Of a stretch of 64,000 bases of DNA, positions 1-7,145 are shown piece by piece. The DNA is from Candidatus Latescibacterota bacterium (lineage in GTDB: Bacteria > Latescibacterota > UBA2968): contig OZ240241.1 of the NCBI GenBank assembly GCA_965198115.1, positions 928,001 through 992,000 on the forward strand, read 5' to 3'. The notes under the pieces are model-generated. The model was not told the origin of the DNA, made no database searches, and saw only the letters and a program-made list of their open reading frames with translations. Position numbers and translations under genes: made by a program. Position 1 is the first letter of the stretch, and the number at the start of each line of letters is the position of its first letter.

Positions 1-709
1 TCGCCCGCACGAATCGCCGGACCAGGTCCTCGTTCGACGACACGAAAGCTTCATTCCCGATGATGTTCGTGCTGTAGAGGTCGATTCCGTAGTCAGCCAG
101 CAGGATACGGTTGACCGTTTCGCCGCGCAGTTCGACCGTGACAGGCTGGTCTTCCGTGTAACCGAGCATGGCGTCGACCTGACCGGCCAGGAGAGGCGCG
201 GGACTCGATTCGGTCATGCCCATCAGCTGAAGCTGGTCTTCCCGCATACCCAGGTGGCGGAGGAGGGCCTGGAATTCCCGGTGTTTGGTCCCTCCGATGT
301 TCACGCCGATCCTCTTTCCGACAAGATCCTCCGGTTTGCTGATGCCCGATGCGGCCAGGGCATAGACCACGACGGGGGAGTGTTGATTGATGACGGCCAG
401 AGACACGATGGGAATCCCCTTGGAGCGTGCGATGACCGTGGCTGACCCGCTGGAGACGCCGAGCTTGTAAGTGCCGTTTCCGACGAGCCGAGCCGTGGTG
501 GGAGCACCGCTTCCCTCGAGGATGTCGACCGTCAGCTCTTCCGTGCGGTAGTAACCTTCGCTGATGGCGACGAAGAAGCCGGCGTGCTCCATCTGCGCCT
601 TCCAGTCGAGCAGCAGCTCGATCGTGTGTCCGGTACCGGTGCCTTTTTCCGGGGAACAGGCCAGCGTGAAGATCGTGGGGAGAATCAGGAGGAGCCTGCG
701 TCGCTTCAC
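1..709 (-). CDS. ABC transporter substrate-binding lipoprotein, NMT1/THI5 (SsuA/TauA) family; partial, runs off window start
   Basis: Manual translation from GTG at 709: MKRRRLLLILPTIFTLAC (lipobox) ...LLLDWKAQMEHAGFFVAISEGYY, a typical NMT1-like N-terminus; follows a NitT/TauT permease. Confidence 0.85.
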   Translation of the reverse strand, partial: MKRRRLLLILPTIFTLACSPEKGTGTGHTIELLLDWKAQMEHAGFFVAISEGYYRTEELTVDILEGSGAPTTARLVGNGTYKLGVSSGSATVIARSKGIPIVSLAVINQHSPVVVYALAASGISKPEDLVGKRIGVNIGGTKHREFQALLRHLGMREDQLQLMGMTESSPAPLLAGQVDAMLGYTEDQPVTVELRGETVNRILLADYGIDLYSTNIIGNEAFVSSNEDLVRRFVRA

Positions 710-716
710 GATGTCT

Positions 717-1508
717 CTACCTGGTGAGGGTTTCGAGTGCGCCACCCCAGCGTCGTAGCGCCTTCTTTTCGATGGCATCGACGATCAGGAACAGGCTCGT
801 GCCCATCGCACCCAGCACGATGAGTGCGGCGAACATCAGGTCTGTGGCAAGTTCGGCGTTGGCCAGCCTGACGAGGTGGCCGAGCCCGGCGCTGGCTCCG
901 ACGAATTCTCCGACGACGGCCCCGATCACGCTGAGGGTGATGCACATCTTCAGCGCCGCAAACAGATACGGGACGGCGTTCGGGAGTCTGACTTTGACGA
1001 ACACCTGACGAGGGCTTGCCGACAGAGATTTCATCAGATCGAGGATCGTGGGGTCGACCGAGAGCAAGCCGCGTGTCGTGTTGACGACGACGGGAAAGAA
1101 TGAAATGAGGGCGGCGATGACGACCTTGGGCAGGAGCCCGAATCCGAACCAGACGACGAACACGGGTGCGAGTGCCTCTTTGGGGAAGGTTTGCGAGGAG
1201 ATGACGAGGGGATAGAGCATGCGCTCGATGATGTGCGACCGCGCCATGAGTAGGGCGAACGTAATCCCGGCCGAAGCGCCTAAGAGGAAACCCAGGAGCG
1301 CTTCCTGTAACGTCACACCTGCGTGGGCGAGCAGCGTGGGCAGCGAGCGGTAGAGGCGATCCAGAACGCGACTCGGGGCGGGCAGGATGTAGTCCGCCGT
1401 TGCCGTCTGCCAGACGAACCATTCCCAAATGAGCAGCGTGACGAGGACAAAGAGTGCGGAGAAACCGTAGGTTTGAAGGATAAACCGAATTGCGGTGCGG
1501 ATGTTCAA
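717..1508 (-). CDS. NitT/TauT-family ABC transporter permease
   Basis: Hydrophobic 263 aa; LPAPS, FFPVVVNT, VRLPNAVPYLFAALK, GAVVGEF motifs of SsuC/TauC-type permeases. Confidence 0.9.
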   Translation of the reverse strand: MNIRTAIRFILQTYGFSALFVLVTLLIWEWFVWQTATADYILPAPSRVLDRLYRSLPTLLAHAGVTLQEALLGFLLGASAGITFALLMARSHIIERMLYPLVISSQTFPKEALAPVFVVWFGFGLLPKVVIAALISFFPVVVNTTRGLLSVDPTILDLMKSLSASPRQVFVKVRLPNAVPYLFAALKMCITLSVIGAVVGEFVGASAGLGHLVRLANAELATDLMFAALIVLGAMGTSLFLIVDAIEKKALRRWGGALETLTR

Positions 1509-1927
1509 AGGTCGAAGAGGATGATCTGTGCGTGGACCGACCCGGCCTGGTTGTGCCGTTCAGGGACTTCGTTCATCGCCATAAAGAGCGGACCCGAATA
1601 CGTGGAGTAGTAGTCGAAATAATTCCCGACGCTCAAGATGGGCGACTCGCCGACTCGCGCGAGAAGGGAGCCGACGTTCGTGCCCGGGCAGAGATACTCC
1701 TCGTCGGCTTCGCGTCCCTCGATTCCGTCGGGGCCGCACCAAACGATCGTGGCCGGTCGCATTTCGGGGGACCAGAGACCTTCGGCCGCGACAATCACCC
1801 GTTGATCTTGTCGGATCTGAAGGTACATTTCCTGCCAGGTTGCGTTCGGGCGGACGGTTTTGGTGATCGTGAGGGCCATGGCTTCGCTATGATAGGTTGC
1901 GCCGGATCGGGTGTCAAGGTGCATCAA
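1505..1927 (-). CDS. Hypothetical beta-sandwich protein, possibly PA-IL/LecA-like (true start may be MALTITK, ~1879)
   Basis: Pattern WQ...AEGLWS...GPDG...GSLLARVG...VG...SGPLFMAMNE...N.AGS resembles LecA-like domains; stop overlaps permease start. Confidence 0.5.
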   Translation of the reverse strand: MMHLDTRSGATYHSEAMALTITKTVRPNATWQEMYLQIRQDQRVIVAAEGLWSPEMRPATIVWCGPDGIEGREADEEYLCPGTNVGSLLARVGESPILSVGNYFDYYSTYSGPLFMAMNEVPERHNQAGSVHAQIILFDL

Positions 1928-1932
1928 AATGA

Positions 1933-1961
1933 TTGACGCCCTGACGCCGGAGGCGTAGATT
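1933..1961 (+). promoter_or_regulatory. Putative sigma-70 promoter of the bactofilin gene
   Basis: TTGACG-17 bp-TAGATT. Confidence 0.5.
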
Positions 1962-1969
1962 CATATTGT

Positions 1970-2455
1970 TTGTCTACAGGCAGTTACGGCGCAAACCTTC
2001 GCTATAGAAGGACCGGATATATGGATACCGATTCGAGGTTCAAAAAACTCAAGATGAGCCCCAACGGTAAGGGGATCAACACGGTCATCGGAAGGGGGTC
2101 CGTTTCCGAGGGCCGTTTCCGTGTCGAGACAGGCGTACGTGTGGATGGTGTGTTGAAGGGTGAGCTGATCTCCTCCGGGACGCTCATCGTGGGTGAGTCC
2201 GGCGTGATCGAGGCCGACGTGAAGGTTCACGATGCTTTGATCAGCGGCCGTATCGTCGGCACGCTCGAAGCCGACGAGAAGGTCCACCTGCAGGCGACTG
2301 CCGCCTTTGTGGGAAAGATCAAGACACGCATCCTCATCGTCGAAGAAGGCGCTATTTTCAAGGCTGAATGTGACGCCGGTGGGGAGTTGCAGCTCAAGGA
2401 AGCCGATGAGGTGGCAGAGGGTGCCACCGAGCTTGCCGATCAACAGTCGGGTTGA
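1970..2455 (+). CDS. Bactofilin (polymer-forming cytoskeletal protein); start probably 2021 or 2054
   Basis: NTVIGRGS...VRVDGVLKGEL...LIVGESGVIEADV...ISGRIVGTL...LIVEEGAIFKAEC beta-helix signature. Confidence 0.9.
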   Translation: MSTGSYGANLRYRRTGYMDTDSRFKKLKMSPNGKGINTVIGRGSVSEGRFRVETGVRVDGVLKGELISSGTLIVGESGVIEADVKVHDALISGRIVGTLEADEKVHLQATAAFVGKIKTRILIVEEGAIFKAECDAGGELQLKEADEVAEGATELADQQSG

Positions 2456-2567
2456 TGTCCTCCGTGTGGTGCATTTGAGTCAATCCCCCAATGATCACCA
2501 CACAAGTAATCTCTCCCAAACCCTTTAATAACAGTTATTTGTAGCTTTTATCCCCGGCCAGGTGCGC

Positions 2568-2583
2568 TGGTACGGGTTGTGCT
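2568..2583 (+). promoter_or_regulatory. Putative sigma-54 (-24/-12) promoter of small-gene pair 1
   Basis: TGGTACG-GGTT-GTGCT with GG (2569) and GC (2581) 12 bp apart; AT-rich tract just upstream. Confidence 0.55.
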
Positions 2584-2656
2584 CGGTTGAGTAGGTCGGT
2601 CGTCCCCGATCTCTCATCCGGACTCTGAGTCGTTCGTTTTTTGGAGAGCACATCCC

Positions 2657-2980
2657 ATGATGGTGTGGGTGCTTGTCGCGGTCATTCTGGGTAGCATCGT
2701 CTACTGCGTTCGAACGCTCGGTGAGTACCGTGTGTTTGTCGCGGAGATCGAACCCAAGATCGATGGGCTCATCGCCAAAGCCGACAAGTTCGAAGAAGGC
2801 GCCATCGAAGAAACGGAGCGTCGGAACCAGACGCGGCAACGGGTGAGAGACCTGAGGGAACTCGTCTCGGAGGTCCAGCGGGAGGTCCGCCTCGTCGAGG
2901 CAAGGATCGTGAAGGTGAGGGAGGAATTCGAGCAGCTCGAACTCCACGCCCACAAGCTTGATTTCGAGGCCAAGAGATAG
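2657..2980 (+). CDS. Small N-terminal TM + coiled-coil protein (type A, copy 1)
   Basis: GGAGAG RBS; hydrophobic first ~20 aa followed by heptad-like charged helix; colinear with 3556..3891. Confidence 0.8.
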   Translation: MMVWVLVAVILGSIVYCVRTLGEYRVFVAEIEPKIDGLIAKADKFEEGAIEETERRNQTRQRVRDLRELVSEVQREVRLVEARIVKVREEFEQLELHAHKLDFEAKR

Positions 2981-2988
2981 GAGCGTCG

Positions 2989-3279
2989 GTGTTCTTAGAG
3001 ATCTTCACACTGTTGTTGCTGGCCGCCGTCCTGATCGTCAAGTACGCCTCGACCGTCCACACGGTAAAGCTTCAGCAAAAACTGGCCGAAGCCACCAACC
3101 TCGCTCAACGAAATCAGGAGCGCTACAAGCGCCTCCAGCAGGAACGCCAGGCCGAGGAGGCCCAGACAGTGAACCAGAAGCGGCAGATCGATGAGCATCT
3201 AGAGGGTCTCCAGAACGAGCTCAAGGAACAGGAACATAAGAACAGCGAGCTGGCAGAGCGCATCGAAAAAGTCAAATAA
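2989..3279 (+). CDS. Small N-terminal TM + coiled-coil protein (type B, copy 1)
   Basis: AGGAG RBS; FLEIFT...IVKY...VKLQQKLAE...ERQAEE; colinear with 3891..4256. Confidence 0.8.
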   Translation: MFLEIFTLLLLAAVLIVKYASTVHTVKLQQKLAEATNLAQRNQERYKRLQQERQAEEAQTVNQKRQIDEHLEGLQNELKEQEHKNSELAERIEKVK

Positions 3280-3305
3280 GTAACGAAACGTTATGTGAGT
3301 AAGGT

Positions 3306-3334
3306 GGCCGTCTCCGTCTGGAGACGGCCTTTTT
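3306..3334 (+). terminator. Rho-independent terminator after pair 1
   Basis: GGCCGTCTCC-GTCT-GGAGACGGCC followed by TTTTT. Confidence 0.85.
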
Positions 3335-3439
3335 GTATGGGTTCTAGGATAGCACAAAACGTGATAGATCCGCGTCCGGCACGGTTCCCGAGGGCCTGCA
3401 TATACTTATTAAAAATAATAGGTTATGATACACACGGGT

Positions 3440-3455
3440 TGGCACGTCCCTTGCA
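3440..3455 (+). promoter_or_regulatory. Sigma-54 (-24/-12) promoter of small-gene pair 2
   Basis: TGGCACG-TCCC-TTGCA, exact match to TGGCACG-N4-TTGCW; AT-rich tract at 3400-3428 upstream. Confidence 0.8.
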
Positions 3456-3555
3456 ATTCTTCCGAGTGTCCGGCTGGCGGACTCCCCTCCGCGCCGGGCA
3501 ATGCACCAGGCCACCACCCCGACGCGTCGGGTGCGGTTGAAGAAAGGGGGTTCAC

Positions 3556-3891
3556 GTGGAATGGGTCTACGCAGCGATCGTGATTGGATGTCTGGTTTAC
3601 GCCGGTGGGATTGTGATCGACTACACCAACTATTCGACCGGAATTCAGCCTCGAATTCGAGGGCTGCAGGAAGGGATCTCAGACCTCGATCTACAGGCCA
3701 ATGCCGAAGCCGAAATGCTCGTGGAAACCAAGAAGCGGACGACGGACCTGAAGGCCTCGGTCAACGATCTCCGTAAGCAGTCGGTGACGATGCAGGTCCG
3801 TCTGAAGGATGAAAAGTCGAGGAAGCAGAAGCTGGAGATGGCGGTGTTCCGGAAAAGGCTGAAATCACGGGAGCGGTTGGTGTCCGCTTAG
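3556..3891 (+). CDS. Small N-terminal TM + coiled-coil protein (type A, copy 2)
   Basis: WV...IG..VY...DY...IQPRIRGL...T..R..DL...V aligns with 2657..2980. Confidence 0.8.
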   Translation: MEWVYAAIVIGCLVYAGGIVIDYTNYSTGIQPRIRGLQEGISDLDLQANAEAEMLVETKKRTTDLKASVNDLRKQSVTMQVRLKDEKSRKQKLEMAVFRKRLKSRERLVSA

Positions 3892-4256
3892 TGGAGGTCG
3901 ACGTGTTTCTCGAAATCATAACCATCCTGATGCTGTTTCTCGTCATCGTTCTCAAATATGGCGTGGTTACGCGCATCGTGAAGCTCAACCAACGTCTGCG
4001 AGAGACAGAGAGCATTTGCAAGCGACACGAAGCCTACCTCGAGCGCAGGAAGCGAGAGCGACAGGCGGCCGAGCGCGAAGAGACCGGGCTGGCTCGCCAG
4101 CAGGTTGCGCTCGAGAACGAGATGGGTCGGCTCAGATCGGAGTGGCAGGAGCTGAAGGAGCAGAATTCGGAGGTGCTGGGCGAGCTGTTGCCGCACCACG
4201 GAGAAGAGGAACTCCGCGAGCTGCAAGAGACCGACGAGGAAGAGCAGGACCAGTGA
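3891..4256 (+). CDS. Small N-terminal TM + coiled-coil protein (type B, copy 2)
   Basis: FLEIIT...VLKY...VKLNQRLRE...ERQAAE aligns with 2989..3279; acidic tail. Confidence 0.8.
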   Translation: MEVDVFLEIITILMLFLVIVLKYGVVTRIVKLNQRLRETESICKRHEAYLERRKRERQAAEREETGLARQQVALENEMGRLRSEWQELKEQNSEVLGELLPHHGEEELRELQETDEEEQDQ

Positions 4257-4319
4257 GACCAGTGGCAGGGGGGGAAGCGCGGCTGGCGGCTGATCGAGTC
4301 GCCAGCCGCATCCGTGCCG

Positions 4320-4988
4320 TCAGCCGAGGATCGGGTCGGATACCCCGGCTTTCACGAACGCCCTTTCGCGAAGGACACAACTGTCACACCGTCCGCACGG
4401 CACGACGTCGTTTCTGTAGCACGACCAGGTAAGGTGGAGGGGCGCTTCCAGGTGGACCCCGGTCTTGACGATCTCGGTCTTCGAGCGGTGGATGAGCGGG
4501 GTTTCGAGACGCAGGTTCGTGTCCGGGTGCGTCCCGAGGTTTATCACTTTCTCGAAGGCCGAGCAGAAGGCCTCGGTGCAGTCGGGGTAGCCGGAGCTGT
4601 CTTCTTCGACGACGCCCACGAACACCGCACTGGCGGCAAGGACTTCGGCCCAGGACGTGGCCAAACAGAGCAGATGGGCATTCCTGAACGGGACGTAGGT
4701 GACGGGAACGGGATCGGCTTCGAGATCGGCGTCGGGAACGGGGATGGAGGTGTCGGTCAGGGCAGACGCACCGATCTGCTGGAGAAAGCGGGCCTCGACG
4801 ACGCGGCGACGTTCGACGGACACGTCGTAGTGATCGGCGATGGCTTCGAACGACCGAACCTCACGCTGCTCCGTCCGCTGTCCGTAGCGCAGATGGAGCA
4901 GGGCGAGGTCGTAGGACTGTGCAGCGATGGCGGTCGTGACGCAGCTGTCGAGACCACCACTCAGAAGGACGACGGCGAGATCGCTCAT
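4320..4988 (-). CDS. queC: 7-cyano-7-deazaguanine synthase
   Basis: VVLLSGGLDS, YGQR, TYVPFRN, GYPDC, TWSCY...CGRCDSC motifs; start set at MSDLAVV. Confidence 0.95.
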   Translation of the reverse strand: MSDLAVVLLSGGLDSCVTTAIAAQSYDLALLHLRYGQRTEQREVRSFEAIADHYDVSVERRRVVEARFLQQIGASALTDTSIPVPDADLEADPVPVTYVPFRNAHLLCLATSWAEVLAASAVFVGVVEEDSSGYPDCTEAFCSAFEKVINLGTHPDTNLRLETPLIHRSKTEIVKTGVHLEAPLHLTWSCYRNDVVPCGRCDSCVLRERAFVKAGVSDPILG

Positions 4989-5125
4989 CGTTCGGAATAC
5001 GACGACGATCGATCCTTGCCGCCGATCACGACCTGCCCGATCGGGCGTCCGGCCGTGCATTGCCTGAGCGCGAAGATGCGGCTGCGAAGAAACGATCGTT
5101 GGGTATCATCAGACACGGCTGTGGG

Positions 5126-5907
5126 TCAAGAGGTCGAGGCGTCCTGGGGGTCGGACTGGGCAGGGCTCCGCGTCCCCGCGAGTTTTCGAAGAAATCCTGT
5201 CCAGGGTCGCGCAGGTCTCGCGCTGCAGAGTCGACGGGTCAGGTCGGCCGGGAAATCCGGAATCCTCGGCATCCTGGCTCTGGCTTGGCCCTGTCGATCT
5301 TCGATGTCGAGGGTGGACGGGGCCGAGTAACCGGGGACGACGCGACTGTCGCGAATCAGGTCTCTGCGCACGCGTTCGACCAGCTGGTTGACGGCCGTCA
5401 GATCCTCGGCCAATCGCTCGAGGGTGTGCGTTGATCGCGCCTGAAACTGTGTCTGCAGGTCGACGATCGTACGTGCTTGGCGCTTGAGCCGGGATCGGGA
5501 AGGCCAATCGGTTGACCGGCCAACCGGGAAATCCGCTGGCCAATCCGGTTGTTCGATGATGGCACAAAACGCTTCCGTTGTGGCGAAGGGGGCGACAACC
5601 GGGCCCACGGCCAGCTTGATCGCGTTCCGAAGCGCGTCCAGCGATTCCGTCTGCTGTTGAAACGCGTCTCGGCGATGTCCTGGATGCGTTCGATCTCCTT
5701 TCGGTCCTGGAGGTGTTGCGGCAGGATCTGATTGTCGCGCAAAATCTTGTTCGCCAGACGGTGTTCTTCCCCTGATTGGAAGTACTCTCTCAGGTCAAGG
5801 CGTTTGCCCTTCCCCGGGAGCCTTGCCCAATCCTCTTCGGAAATCGTATTCTTCAAGCGTTCGTCCGGGCTTCGGTATTCAGGCCGACCATCTGGCTTTC
5901 TGTTCAT
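5126..5907 (-). CDS. DUF1992 (DnaJC28 conserved domain) protein, split by a 1-nt frameshift near 5660
   Basis: LPGKGKRLDL...RLANKILRDNQILP motif; adding one T in the TTT run joins ORF 5398..5907 to 5126..5608. Confidence 0.65.
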
Positions 5908-6050
5908 TCGATGGGTCCTCCGAAGAGATGCAGATGTGGTTGGCGTTCCTCAGGATCGCATCGACGGGTGCCATCGATCTGAATATAGGACGCTTGGTGG
6001 TTCGTTGCACGCCTGTTGATGTGGTTTTCGGGGCTCGTTATACTCAGCTG

Positions 6051-7145
6051 ATGGATTATCCCGCGTGCTATGGGAATCACACGCCCGATGCCGCCGTGTG
6101 CCGACACTGTTTCGCCGAGTCGGAGTGTCTCGAATCCGACAGCGCGTCTGTTCAGTCATCACCCCGTGCGAGCCGGACTGCGTCGTGGCAAGAAGGCCGT
6201 GTCTCGGTTAGCGATTTCAGCCTTGCGCTCACGCTCTACTCGGGTCAGCTATTCCGCTGGGGCCGCGACGTGGACGGGTGGTGGAAGGGGATCGCCTACG
6301 GAGAGGCTTTCCGTCTCAGACAGGTGGAAAACGATCTCCTGTTCGGCACCACGAGCGATTCTGTTTCAACCCACGCTGGAACGATGGATGCGCCCGATTT
6401 CCTCCGCTGGTATCTACGCATCGACGAACCGCCGCGAACACGCGTTACCCGCTCCGACCGGCACCTACGGGAGGCTCGGGCAAAGCTTCGTGGCTTCCGG
6501 TTCGTCAGGCAGGACCCGTATGAGTGTACCGTCTCCTACATCCTCAGCGTGCAGGCTCATATGGGGCTTACGAAGCAGCGGCTTCACAAGTTGGCGCTCC
6601 TGCTCGGCGAGCGGATCGATGTGGGTGACGAGCGCTACTACGCTTTCCCTTCCGCCGAGGCGCTCGGCAGGCTTTCCGAGACCTACTATCGACATCTCAG
6701 GTTCGGCTGGCGGTCACGGTTCCTGCCCATCACTCTGGGTCACGTTACCGAGCGTGTGTCCAGCGTCCGGAACGGTCTCGTCGAATGGCGCGAGATCGTG
6801 GACGAATTGAAGACGCTGCCGAACTCGGGCGTGGGTCTAAAGGTCGGCAAGTGTATCGATCTCTTTTCTCTCGATCGTCTGGATGCCGTACCCGTTGACA
6901 CGTGGGTGCGCAAGATGGCACTCGACTGGTACGGCCAGGAGGGGAGTGACGCGCAGATCTGCCGATGGGCGGAGGAACGAGGTGGACGGCTCGCCGGCTA
7001 TCTGAACGAGTATCTGTTTGTCTACTACCGGGAACTCCACGCGTCCGCCCTGGACAACCGGGTCCTGTCGTTTCAGGCTTCCGATCAGCCCTCTTCGGAG
7101 TTGCCCTTTACGTCCATCGAAGCACCTGGCGAATCCTTGTCGTGA
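6051..7145 (+). CDS. 8-oxoguanine DNA glycosylase/AlkA-like HhH glycosylase with N-terminal Cys cluster
   Basis: TLYSGQLFRW (OGG_N), RFVRQDPYE, YAFPSAEAL, HhH LKTLPNSGVGLKVGKCI, PVDTWV. Confidence 0.85.
   Translation: MDYPACYGNHTPDAAVCRHCFAESECLESDSASVQSSPRASRTASWQEGRVSVSDFSLALTLYSGQLFRWGRDVDGWWKGIAYGEAFRLRQVENDLLFGTTSDSVSTHAGTMDAPDFLRWYLRIDEPPRTRVTRSDRHLREARAKLRGFRFVRQDPYECTVSYILSVQAHMGLTKQRLHKLALLLGERIDVGDERYYAFPSAEALGRLSETYYRHLRFGWRSRFLPITLGHVTERVSSVRNGLVEWREIVDELKTLPNSGVGLKVGKCIDLFSLDRLDAVPVDTWVRKMALDWYGQEGSDAQICRWAEERGGRLAGYLNEYLFVYYRELHASALDNRVLSFQASDQPSSELPFTSIEAPGESLS

Noticed and set aside
2657-4256. Calling the small genes ftsB/ftsL or atpF
   Set aside because: No dcw or atp operon context and no diagnostic motifs; only the TM + coiled-coil architecture is shared
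4320-4988. QueC as part of a defence system (Dpd, Qat, CBASS type IV)
   Set aside because: Canonical length and motifs; no dpdA/TGT, TatD, ATPase or cyclase neighbours
4314-5330. Long antisense or alternate-frame ORFs (also 13319..14371, 18542..19675, 25964..27079, 36009..37202, 39400..40581 and others)
   Set aside because: Shadow ORFs of well-supported genes, expected in high-GC DNA; no motifs
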